A program made the position numbers and the translations under genes. From the NCBI RefSeq assembly GCF_036321535.1, contig NC_087447.1, positions 52,082,001 to 52,146,000 on the forward strand: 64,000 nucleotides of DNA, written 5' to 3'. The stretch is from Camelus dromedarius. Lineage: Eukaryota. Under the pieces are notes generated by a model, which was given only the letters and a program-made list of their open reading frames with translations, searched no databases and had not been told where the DNA came from. Shown piece after piece: positions 48,856-61,000 of this stretch. Numbering within the stretch: the stretch's first letter is position 1; every line of letters begins with the position of its first letter.

Positions 48856-51800
48856 CTGGGGCAGGGGTAGGAGGAAAGAGACAATCTAGATATTGAGAAC
48901 TAGTCTGAGAAGCTGCTGAGAAGAGGAGGCAGCACAGGTCACGGGTGGCGAAAGACAAGGGTTTGGGTCCTAGCTCTGTCACGTGTCAGCTCTGTGAAGT
49001 TTCCTCATCTGTAAAATGGGAATAATAGTGCCATTTACACAGGGCTGTTGTGAGGGTAAAGACAGTGCAGATGCGGGATAACTAGTAGCTATTACTGGAG
49101 ACCATCCACATCATGTCCTGATGTGGTTCTCCTAAAGAAGACAGAAAGGCAGATCCTTCTTGACTCCCTCCTGAAAAGGGAGAGTGCACATGGGCCCAGC
49201 AAATCGTGTCTGACCCATTTATTATGTGCCAGGCATTGTGGTCCTGCTTGACACTGGGGAGACCAGAGTCAGGGACAAGCTCCAGATCTTGTGGTTGGTG
49301 AGTCTGGATTTGACCCTCACCACTGCATTGTGCCAACCTATGCTCTGTGGTCCTCTGAGCGAGTCCGACCCTTCTTGGGGCTTTGGACTTCCTAGCCCTT
49401 CTGAGGTCTCTCTTGCCCTCTGCCACCACAGTGAGGGCTTCTTTGTCACCTCAGTCAGCTCCTAAGGCATCTTCCTCTTCTTAGAGGCCCTGGGAGGCAG
49501 CACATGTTTGAGTCTAGGATGGCTGATCTGGCTGTGGGTCATCTGGGGACACTTCCCTAGGTTTTGGAACATTTTGCTCCTGCCTCTGGGATCCTGAGCC
49601 CTTTGTGTGATCTCTGCCTGGGCATACAATTCAACTTCCTTTCAGAGTCAGAAATACAGGGTTCCCACAGGGGTAGCAATAAGTCATGTTTTTTGTATTT
49701 TAATAAAGAAATACACTTCAGAGGCTTGTTTCTGTATTTGGATGTACCCTTTAGACCCGGTTATCCCTGAAAGACTGCCAGGTACTCTGAAGCTAAAATG
49801 CTGGTTCCCTCTAATTGGTGCCTGGCCTGATGGGGCATGTGGGCCCCTTTTCTGACTCTTTCATTGGTTCCTGGTTCAGTTTGACAAGGAGGTAGGAAGA
49901 CCCAAGAGGGAAGCAGACAATGCAGGTCACATGACACGAAACCAGATATGTAGATTAAGGTAATGAAAGGCCCTCTAGGGCCCTGTGTGGTAAAAAAAAA
50001 AAAAGGGCTTAGGTCTCAGAAACAAGCCCAGGAGTCCAGCCTCGACTCTGTGACAGACTTTTCTGTGTGACCTTGGGCCAATGCCTTTCCCTCTCTGAGT
50101 CTTGATTTCTTTCCCTGTATAACAATAACAGTGCTGTTATGACGACTGAAGAAACCTCAGTAAATTATCTAGTAGAGGGCTCCACAGAAGGTACTGAGGT
50201 AATGGTTGTAGTTATTTCCATTAAATGACAGTAAATGATCACGGTCATTCTCAGAGGAAGTAGAGACACGTGTGTCTCCCTTCTCCCCAAACAAATTCCA
50301 AAGCCTTGAAAATAAGGATTTATAATGATGGTGCTGAGACAACTTTAGCTGTGAATGGCTTGGTTATAATAAGGTTGCCTTCCCAGGGGTAATCAAACAC
50401 AATTGCAGAAGCAAAAACAGTGTGGCAGACAATTCCCATGAAATATCAGAGGTGTTGGAGGCTGAAGCTGTGTTCCTTTGCAGAAAGAGCAAAGGAAGAG
50501 GCAGGGTCTGCACTGCCAACAATGATGGGAGCCCTTTTAAAGCATCTTTGGGAAGGTCCCCTGTGACTCCCCCCAAGGTGGTGCCACTCAGCCAGCTTCC
50601 CCCCTCATCCCCTTGAGGGCCCCTCGTGAAGGGGAGCCACACCTCTGCAGCAAAATTAATAAAATTGAATTAAGCAGCTCACTAGGGAACCGCCTGATGC
50701 TTCCTGTGCACGGCAGTGGCGGCAATGAGATTACTTTACATCTTTCTTTATTAAAAAAGTTCCCAGTTGTATAAAAAATGAGCTCCATTACGGGGAGGTG
50801 CACCCGGCTAACACTCTAATTCCACACGCCGCCACTGTGGGTGGCCATTTATTTTGGGAGGACTTGGAGATGTGGCCACTCGACTGGAGCGCTATTAATC
50901 TCAGGCTGGGAGAGAAACCAATTAAAGCCTGGGAAACTTTTGGTCCAGTTCACACGGCAGAGAGGAAGTCCTAAGAGCACTAATTGCTGCTGTTTACTGA
51001 GCACCTGGGATCTTCTGGCCCTGGGCTGGGTGCACCGAATGTATCATCTGGTTTCTGCAGAGGAATCTGAGGCTCAGGGGAGCTGCTGGAGGCTACACCT
51101 GTGACCCAGGCAAGAATCAAACCCAGGTCAAACGTTCCATTTAGCACACTGCCTCAGATGTGTAGGAAGGGCTCCTGGAGAACTCACACAGGGGGTGCAG
51201 AGAGGCCACAGATGGTGGCCCACGGAGAACAGAGACAGCTAGGCCTTCCTCGGGGAACTAGTGGAAGACTTTCCCACGGTAGATAGCTGCTTGGCTTGTT
51301 GGCTGTTGAGGGACACAGGAAGCCTTGCTTTCTGGCCCTAGTTATGTGACACTGAAGAAGTCACTTAATTTCTGTATCTGTTGTGAGAACTGAATCATGA
51401 GACATGGTGCCTATTTCTAATCGTTACTGCCGCCCAGCTACATAAGTCTGGAAAAATCCTTTCTCTCCCTGGACCCTGGATGCCCCGTGTGTGAAAGAAT
51501 CAACTTTCTTTGAGAGAAAAGGCAGGGGGCTCAAGACAGCCCCAGACGTGTTACATGAAGATGCCTCTGTGGTTTCTAGGAGTCAGGAGCAACTGGTTCA
51601 GCCCTGCGGGGCCCTGCAGCTCCCCAAGTTCCTAAGAAGCACCTGTGCTCGGTCAGGCGCTGTGCTGAAAGCCAGGGCTGGTCCCCCGTTTTCACTCTCC
51701 TATCACCTTCCTTTCTGAAGCTGGAGGGAAAAGAAGCTGGGTGATCGGCCTCTGGCGCAGAGGCCACACTGCAGAGACATGGGAGTGAGGCAGAGAAAGG

Positions 51801-52021
51801 GCTGGTTCAGGGCATCCACACGCTGAAAAGCACTCTGAGATGCCAGACTGCAGATGCCACCCACTGGCAGCAACTGCTCACCTTTCCTGGAGCGAGAATG
51901 TGACTTAGGTTCCACAAGAGCTAAACTGAATCTCGGTACATGTTAGCAAGTGCTAACAGTAACAGTAGTAAGGACAGCAATAACAATGACAACTAGAATA
52001 GGTATTACTGAATACTTATTA

Positions 52022-52107
52022 TTCTTTTTAATGGAGGTTCTAGGGATTGAACCCAGGACCTGGTGCATGCTAAGCACATGCTCTACCACTGAGCTATACC
52101 CTCCCCC
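52022..52107 (-). mobile_element. tRNA-derived SINE (camelid Vic-1-like)
   Basis: Reverse complement gggggagggtatagctcagtggtagagcatgtgcttagcatgcaccaggtcctgggttcaatccc with A and B boxes. Confidence 0.8.
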
Positions 52108-52533
52108 ATAATGACCACTTACTATGTGCCAGACTCTGAATGAGACACTTGATGTATTATTTCTAACCCTTGTACAACTTGTAAATTGGTTTTATCTTCC
52201 CCATTTTATAGATAACGGAATTGAAGTTTTATGAGATTAAAGATTAAAGGGCAGATCTTTAATAGAAGCTGGAGACTCAATTCCGGCCTGATGAACATCA
52301 AAGTCGGTTACCTTTCCACCAACAGAGCTGAAAAGATACATGAGACCCTTACTGTGTGCAGTTGCCTAATCTGCTTTCCCCTCTGCAGATGAGGAAACGG
52401 AGGGCCCAGGAACACTTCCTCCCCCAGGAACAGCTTTGAGAACAGAACCCAGTTCTCAGATTCCTCCTCCTTCCTTCCCTTCCAGGACCCAGCTGCCCCA
52501 AGAGGCTGAGACTGGCTGGGAGGCCTGGCTCAC

Positions 52534-52769
52534 CCGAAGCCGGCGCCCGAAGACGGTGACCTGGCCCCGAGCCTGCTCCTTGCGCTGCCGCCACTCCACC
52601 AGGTTGAGGCCGTTGTCGATGGGCAGCGTCACATTCCTCTTGCCCACTGTGGGGTTGACAGTCCCAGCCAGCAGGTGGGGCTCCGTCTGCAGGGCCACCT
52701 CCATGCCATTGGCCAGCAGCAGCCGCAGGGAGCCGTCGGCTCCGATGTAGTAGCTGTTTCGGACCTGGT
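52534..52769 (-). CDS. TENM4: Teneurin-4 coding exon ([10 protein letters not shown]...VFGRRLR)
   Basis: Acceptor tccgcag, donor gtgagc; 236 nt, phase 1 to 0; teneurin-like translation. Confidence 0.95.
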
Positions 52770-53222
52770 CTGCGGAAGACATGAGGGACGAGCTCTGCTT
52801 AGGAGGGCTGAGGATGGAGGGAGGTGTGTGTACAGCGGAGGCAGTACTGTGGCTTTTAAATGTGGTGATTGTTCTGACTATAGACACAAAACATTGTCAT
52901 TGAAGAAAACTGGGAAAATACATGGAGATCCATGAGCTCAGTCCCCAGAGAAAACCACTGTAAATATTTTGGTATATTCCTAGATTTTAGGATATTTCCG
53001 AATATATTTATAGCTAAAAATGGTTTATAGTGTTTTTCACTGATCATTGTATTATTTTGTTGAATATTTTTCATAAATGTTTTTCTTAATGACTGCATAC
53101 TATTCCATTGTATGGACACACCATCATCCATTTAATCAGCCTTCAAATAGATATTCTGGTTGTTTCTAGTTTTTCATCATTACAAATAACACTGCAAATA
53201 AATATATTTTAAACATTAGGCT

Positions 53223-53358
53223 TGGGGAGAGGCTATAGAACAGTGGTAGAATGCATGCTTAGCATGCATGAGGTCTGGGGTTCAATCTCCAGTATCTCCA
53301 TTAAAAATAAATACATAAACCCAATTACCCCTCCCCCCAAAAATAAACAAATAAAAAT
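53223..53358 (+). mobile_element. tRNA-derived SINE (camelid Vic-1-like)
   Basis: A/B-box head and A-rich tail; TSD AAACATTAGGCT at 53211-53222 and 53359-53370. Confidence 0.85.
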
Positions 53359-53833
53359 AAACATTAGGCTAAGTGAAAGAAGTCAGACACAAAAAGTTAC
53401 ATATTGTATGAATCAGTCCATTTATATGAAATGTCCAGAATACGCCAACTCGTAGAGACAGAAAGTAGATTAGTGAGGAAAAGGAGAATGCAGAATGATT
53501 GCTAATGGATATGAGGTTTCTTTTTGGGGGTGGTAAAAAATTCCTGGAATTATACGGTAGTAATGGTCACACAATTCTGTAAGTAAACTAAAAAACACTG
53601 AATTATACTCTTTAACAGGGTGTATTTTATAGTATGTGAATTATATCTCTGTTAAAAAAATATGCTTTTTGGATAAATCAATGTCTTCATTTTGGGTTAT
53701 TTAATCAAAAAAGACTCCTGAAAGTAGGATTATTAAGGCTCTCCCACTAGGGCAACAACACTCTTTACAACAAGGTAAAAACTCAAATATGTAAAACAAT
53801 GACAGAATGCCAAATATATATATTATATATGTG

Positions 53834-53905
53834 TTTTAAATCACTGTCATATATAGACACATATATGGGTGTATATGTCTCTCTATATATGACAATGATT
53901 TAAAA
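53834..53905. repeat. Inverted repeat (24-bp arms, 1 mismatch)
   Basis: ttttaaatcactgtcatatataga ... tctatatatgacaatgatttaaaa. Confidence 0.85.
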
Positions 53906-54039
53906 ATAGATCTGATTTTTAAATTTTAAATCCAGTTAAAACATTTTAATTAGGACCTTTAGCTAAAAGAAACTTCTGGAGGAAAAGTAAATTTCAGCTG
54001 TAAAATGCACACTTTGTTCTTTTCTAAAAACGGAAACAC

Positions 54040-54097
54040 CCTCCGAGTTCGTGCTACAGTCTCCTGCCTCCGAGTTCGTGCTACAGTCTCCTGCCTC
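54040..54097. repeat. Perfect tandem duplication, 27 bp x2
   Basis: cctccgagttcgtgctacagtctcctg twice, plus cctc. Confidence 0.95.
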
Positions 54098-56235
54098 TTG
54101 CCCTTCCTCGGCTGTTGCTCCTGTAGGCACTGCCCCTCTGTTTACTAAATGCTAGCCTAAGTCCCTCCTTCAAGGCTCCTCCCTAAAGCTTCCCTCGTTC
54201 CTGTGGTCAGAATGAATGTTCTCCCCTCCCTTAGCCTCTTTATGGGCCTCACTAGTGGTCTTGTAGTCGAGGGGTGTAGGGTTCACCACTCTGTGAATGA
54301 ATGAATTCTCAAATCCTGAAAGGCCTCCTGTGAAAGGCACTACCGCACAGAGACTAAGAGTATGGACTTGGGAGCCAGGCTGCCCGGGTTCCGGGCCTAG
54401 CTCTGCCACTCTCTTGCTGCAAGACCTTAGGCAAATTCCTTAACCTCTCATGCCTCTGTTTCTTTATCTGTACATTGGGGAGAATAATTGTACTTTACCT
54501 CTTAGGATTAAGTGAGATAATGAAGATGAAGATCTGAGAACTGTACTTAGCAGACAGTGTGTGTGAGGTTAAATGCTAGCTACTACTAGTTTTACATGTC
54601 TGGCACTGTGCTCGTCACTGTTGTCATCGCTCCTCTCTCTCTCCCGCCCCGTTTCACACACCTGTCACAGTGAACTCTTCTAGTACTGATCCTGGTCCTT
54701 CAACAGTTCCCCTTGCCTTTAGATTAGTGGTTAAGAGAATGTGTTCTAGAGAATGTCTGGATCCAAATTTCCTACTAGCTGTATGACTTTGGACAAGCTA
54801 ATTAATCTCTCGATGCCTCACTGTCTTTATCTGGAAAATGGAGATATTAAACATACCTCAGAGGGTTGTGAGGATTTAACAGGCCGATGGATATAAAATA
54901 ATAAAATGTACCTCATACCAATTAAGTGCTATAAAATGTTAGCTATCTTTATTGTTATTATTGTATGAGTCCAGTAAACATTGGCTGGATTGAGCTAGAG
55001 ACATACTAGGCTAGGTCAAGCAGTAAGGATGTAGTTTCTGCAGGCAGCCCTCACTGAATCTTCCCTGCTAGCATGGCATCCGATTGGCCAGTCTCTCTCC
55101 CACTCCCTCCCCGCCCCCCATCTTTCTCCCTTTCTCTCTCTCACACACAGAATTCTAAAATCTGCCTCCAACTTGCTATGCATTATTCACTCACAATCTG
55201 TATTTTACTTCCTTTGAACAGTGAAAAAGCCTGTGTCAATTTATCTTTTAAAGCTGCTCCTTGCCGAATGCACGTATGTCCATTAATGGTGACTGTGGAT
55301 GGAACAGCATCTGTACAGGCCCGGCTCAAATGACCCCCGTTTCATATGAGCTGTGACTTCCCAAGGCTGCCGCTCATTAGTGGCTGCTTCTGATTTCTCC
55401 CCACAGTTCAGACATAAGATGAAACCGAGAGTTTTTTAACAAAGACTCTACTGAGGTGGCTGCAAAACTGAGCACCTGAGCCTTGTATGAGGAGGAAGGA
55501 GCTTTGCAGAGGTACCAAAGAGGGAAACCTGGTACCGCGTTCCCTGGATTCCAGGTGGAATTTTCCTTTTCACATTTGAATGTAACCTGAAATTGGAAGG
55601 TGTCTTAAGTCCTCAAATGGATTTTAAGCAGTGTGTATCCCCACTGTCCCACCTGAAAAGTTGTTATTAAATTGATGGTACATTTTAAAACTGAGGAGAC
55701 GTGGCACTTTTGAATTAAAAAAAGTTGCCTAACTATAAGAAGCCCTGCATTAACTTTTGAGAAAAACACTGAAAGCCAGCTTAGAGGAGACAGTTCTTAA
55801 CCACAGGGAAGAAAATAGGCTTGAAAGACAAGATGTCCACGTCATCAGGGGCCCTACTGTCCTTGGTCAGGCAGAAACCCGGCTGGCTGGCTCAGAATTG
55901 GTGCCTGTTCTTGGCAATAACCCAGCCAGAGCATAAATACCTAAGGTCTGTCCCAACCCACTGCTAAAAATGCTTGGAGGGGAAGGAATTTCAAGGCTTG
56001 GTTTCTCTTTCTTTGAGAACCTCTATTGTTCTTCGAGCTCTTTTAAAGGCAATGAACTACATTTGGGAGTAAAAGTGGCTGTGAAAAGATATGGTGATCT
56101 TCTTACGGTAAATCAAAGTGCTTGTTAATTAATTAGTTAATTAATCCAACAAGTACTTACTGAGTTAACACTACTGTGCCTGGCCCATGCTGGTCACTCT
56201 GTGTATGTTGTCTAAAGAAACTGTCTGAGCAACCC

Positions 56236-56873
56236 TAATAAGACAGGACGGAGGGGGGGGCAGGGCACAGCCACTCAAGGAATGACAGCAATTTAACACC
56301 AAAATGGTGGAAGATTCAACTCCCAGTTGGCCTTGAGGATTAATTTAGCAGGAGGTCTGACTTCTTGTAGACCTTGAGCTTCATTATATGCTCATTGTAA
56401 CATGCCTGCAGGTGCTATGACAGCCCCAAGGCTGACCGCAAAAGGCCAAAGAATTGGCGGTGGCCCAATTCCTGGGAATCCCAGCCCCTACCCCAGAGTA
56501 GTTGGAACGGTCCCACCTTTAGGCATGTGAAGCTACTGAGCCCATAAAAACTGACAACACCACCCCTAGCGGCTTTTTTTCACTCCCTCCTCTTTGGAGA
56601 CAGCCCGCACTCTGTCTATGGAGTGTGTACCTACTTTTACTTTAATCTGAGCACCCAATTCAATTCGCACACCTCTTCCCTTGCCTTTCTCTTGTTTTAC
56701 ATTCTATGCAGTGTGTATCTCTCTAAATAAATCTACATTTACTCAACTGTGGCTCGCACTTGAATTGTCTCCTTCACAAAGCCAGGGATCCACACTTGGC
56801 AGGGCACGTCCCGGGGGCTCAACCGAGACCTGGGACATCCCTCCTCACGCCCCACATCCGTTTTCCTGCAACA
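56236..56873 (+). mobile_element. Solo ERV LTR inserted into a MIR
   Basis: About 640 bp; TATA-like cataaaaa near 56543, AATAAA at 56726-56731, ends ...cctgcaaca; the flanks rejoin as MIR-like sequence. Confidence 0.7.
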
Positions 56874-57864
56874 CTGGGAAGCAGGAATTGTACCTCTGCC
56901 CCATTTCCCAGACCCAGACACTGAAGATCCGAGAAGAGTGATGCCACCCAACCCACCCGGGTTGGGCTGGCACAGCAGGATCAGCGTCCCGTCTGCTCGC
57001 CCCAAACCGCTGCTCTCCGCACCGCCTGCACCATTCAACGTGGCTTCAAGTTGCTTTCTTTCCCCAGAGAAGAAACTGGAGGGCCATGGGGATGGGGTGG
57101 CAGAGTCAGGACTAGAATTTGGGACTCCGACTCCCAGCCCAAAGCTCTTCTTACGACTTTGTGTCAAAGCTTTTGAAAGTATGAAAAGCCATCTGGAGGG
57201 TGGGGAGAAAACATGAGGCAGGGTTCTCCTTAGTGATGGCTTCTTTTTTTCTCATGCTTACTAAGTCCATCAAAGCTGTAAGCTCCACTCTGGGTCACCA
57301 CGCCCCATGAGAACAACTGAGGCAGACAATTCACAGCGAGGGGTCGTCTTTGTGATTTACCTGAAGCTAAAAGATCAGCTCCTATCAGGGATTATTTGAC
57401 AGATGCAGAGAAGGGTCTCTTCTCCCTGGAACCCTAGCAGAGGCACAAAGCGCTGTCACCTGAGATTCTGGGAGGCCTCCGCCAAGCCCAAATCCCTTTC
57501 ATAATTAGATGTAGTTATTCTTGTCCTTTGTCCTGGCCTGCACCAGAGAGTCAGTCTTTAATCTGGGAGCCATTAGAATGGCAGAATAGTGAGGTCACCT
57601 GGATTAGCGGCTAATGAATTCTCTACCCTTTGTTCTGCTGATAATGGGATGAGACAATGAAATACTAACCTGAAGCTTGGGGGAGAGAATTTCCAGGGCT
57701 CAGGCCAGTGTGTTTTGCAAATTAGGTGGCAATACGGAGAGAAACCAGTTGTAAAGCTTTCCTGTTCTTGGGCAGCTGCAGCCGCAGCTTGTTTCTTACG
57801 TCATCCTCTTTTAAAGGGGTCTCCCCACCCCACCTCCACGTTCCCAGGCCCCCACCTGGCTTAC

Positions 57865-58037
57865 CTTGCAGTAGTGTATAGAAGGCACCTGAGGCAGACA
57901 GGTTGGTGGTTATGGTGACGTCGTCCTTGCTGGAGGTCTCTACCTGGACATGCACGGAGCTGTCTGTATCACTTCGGAAACTGCTCACCTGGCCAGTAGG
58001 GAAGGTCACATTTGTCAGGCGGCCAAAGCTGTCGTAC
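57865..58037 (-). CDS. TENM4: Teneurin-4 internal coding exon (YD-repeat region, [15 protein letters not shown]...YTLLQ)
   Basis: Teneurin YD-repeat peptide; acceptor ttttcag, donor gtaagc; 173 nt, phase 2 to 1, fits the next exon. Upstream exons lie beyond the window. Confidence 0.95.
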
Positions 58038-61000
58038 CTGAAAACCAAGGGGTGGCTCTGAATAACAGAAACAGAATGGTGCTACTGCTGGAACTTGGCA
58101 TGTTCTACCTTATGCCACGGTTTTGCACTTTCTGCTTTTCTTTCTGGTTGGATACATTTCCAAGTCTCCTGAATCTCCTTGGATACAACTCCATCTGCTG
58201 GTATTCAACTGTAGACAAATGACTTACCTCTCTGAGTCTTCCTTTCCTAATACCATAAAGTGGAGATGATAACCCCTGTCCTGCCCATGGCCCAGGATTA
58301 CGGTGAGCAAGATGTGGAAGTGCCCTGTCGCTATGAACTAATACTCACCCATGAAGGGTGAGACGATGGTGCCCATGTGAGATGGCCGACCTAGAGTCTG
58401 AGAGCTGGGGGACTCCTGGAATTGAGCAGTCAAACTGGGTGCCTGCATACCCTTTAAAAACCCCCAAGAACTGATTACACAGGTTTCTCCTAAAGAGTGC
58501 TAGAGATGGGGCTGCCTAGGAAGCCACAGATTCTGGAAAAGGGGACTGTGAATTCAAACCAGGATTCTGCGGACACATAAGCAGCCTAGACAGATGGGTT
58601 CTTGCAACCCCTTCACATCCAGATTTCACATCTGGCACCAAGCAGCTATGTATCTGCGGCGCTCAGAACTCACGGCTTCACTCTGATGTGGTCTTTCTGA
58701 AGCATCACAGTTGAATCTTAATTCTCTTTACCATTCTTCTGATGCTACTAAAAGAAACACCTACCTTAACTGAATACCTACAATACAGTGTTCAAGTATG
58801 GCGCTAGTCGCTTTTCATGCAATCTTTCATTTAATCCTCACAATTAGTCTATAAAAGGTATATATTATCTCCTGTTTGGAGGAAGCTCAGAAAAGTGAAG
58901 TCACCTGCTCAAGGTCACACAGTTAATAGGTGTGAAAGAGTCAAAATTCGAACTCAGATCTATCTTCTTCCAAGCCACCATTGCCTCTCTGTCATCAATG
59001 AGCATTTCCATCCCGTCCAGTCGCAAGTATCTGTTGTGTGTGCCTCCCTACCTGCTCAGAGTGGTTGGGAGATGGCAGGGAGTAGGCTATTCACCTGTTA
59101 GTTATTACTCATAATTATGGGAGGCTCAACTGGAAAAAGGTAGTTTAAATAGTCTTTTTGCACTTGTGTGTGAATGGGAAAAAAGTTCTTCGCATGGATG
59201 CCAATATTTTTGACTTCTACTCATGCTCTGACTAGTAGCATGGGTTCAGCTGTATGTCTCCCTCATGGACTCTGGGTCTCCTGCTGGACTTTTTTTCCTG
59301 CTTGGCTTTTAATACTGGGGTAAAGTTGTTCTCTGGGGCCCTGAGGGTTTTAACCATGGTGAAATGAAAGGCCTGGAAGTTCAGCTCCATCCTGGCTCTT
59401 CTCATGATTCCTTCAGCTGGGCCTGGCTTCCTGATGGGACCCTGGCGTCCTGCAGCTTCTATGGTTTCAGGTGAGACTTAGGAGGTGAGATCAGGCAGGC
59501 CTTTGCTGAGCAATTTTCTGCTCAAGGTCAGATTTGGATGCTGCATCGAGTCTGCCATCTGCCAACTCTTTCGGTCGCGGTGGTTGATACCGATCAAGGT
59601 GCTCTTTACCCCAAATGGTAACAGTCCCAGGCACAGTCTGCCACAGAGAAGGTGCTGGTGAAGGTCTTTTGAACAAATCACCCCAGTCCTTGACCCAAGA
59701 GTGACTCTGGGGTAAGAGCCAAGGGGCTGTGGGAAAGTTGACACTCTCTGTCGTGGAGGCCTGAGGAAGGGGAATGGAATCCCTTTCCAAGATGGCAAGC
59801 AACGCAGGCGTCTCCACCACATACTTCAGGCCCGGGCTCGGTGGGGCAAGGCTGTGTGGCTGTATCAGTCCTTCGGGTTCTCTGAGGGGAAGTGAAGGGG
59901 TTTGGAAACCTGTCTCCTGTCATGATCTCTCAGGTTTCTTCTTTTGTACTGAGTCTTGTAAGGAAAGGTCAGTCTGGCTTAATGTGGGGTGATGGTGTGG
60001 CCTGACCTGGACTGGACTGGAGGGTAACGGGTACAGAGTGCTCCTTGGAGCTGGGTGAGGGGGAGATTTCTGAAAGGTTGCTGCAGGAAGGAAGGAGTGT
60101 CTTGGGGTAAAGATCTGGAATGTCTGTCCGCAGGCCTCTCTGACCTGGAGACTCTCTGCGAGAGGCTTGTATTCTTTTTAATGGCTGCTGGAAATTTGGA
60201 CAGGAAGGAATTTCACAAAAACGTTTACACTGGCTGTCTCTGGGAGGTAGAATTACAGGTGATCTCAGTGGCTTCTTTATATGTATTTTATATTCCCAAG
60301 ATTTTCTACAATTAACATGGATTATTTGCATACTCAGAAAAGTGCTGGGACAACCTAAGTAAATGCCTCCTGAGCATGGTCATCTTGGGGAAGGGGACCT
60401 TTTAAATTACTGGCATTTATAGAAGAGTCTCACTTATAGGACATCTGTCAATATCAACCTCTCAGTCTTTTCAGTAAAGTATTACTAGGGCACCTCAAAT
60501 TTCTGAGCCCCAAATCAAGACTTCTCCAAACCTGGCTCTGCCTTGGTCATCTTAACTGGATCTGTGATCTATGAGTAAGCCAGTGCTGTCAGATCCTGAG
60601 TCATCTTTGAAATCAACAGGAAGATCCCTTTCAGTCTAACAGTCTCATGGGATGGGCATGCTGTTCTGGTTTGGTTCTCTGAACACTTGTTATCCATGTA
60701 CAGACTCTTTATTAACCTAACTTCCTGACCTAACCAGATAAAAATGATTTTACTATACCACGCAAGATACCTAAAAAGGAGTTTTGGAGTCTTACCAGTA
60801 AGACTTAATAGAGAGATTATTAATTAGGGGTCACCTCGATACTACTTGAATTAAGGTCTTGCTCAGATGCTACCCCTCCAAGGTCCCATGGCCCTTTTTC
60901 TCCCAGTGATGCTCTGCCACAGCTCTGTCACAGAATGTGTCCCCTGCACTGTAATAGCTGATGTATGACTTGTGTCCTGCTTTGGCCTCAAGAGTGCATG

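Noticed and set aside
52022..53358. tRNA genes
   Set aside because: tRNA-like heads with A-rich tails (one with a clear TSD) are SINEs.
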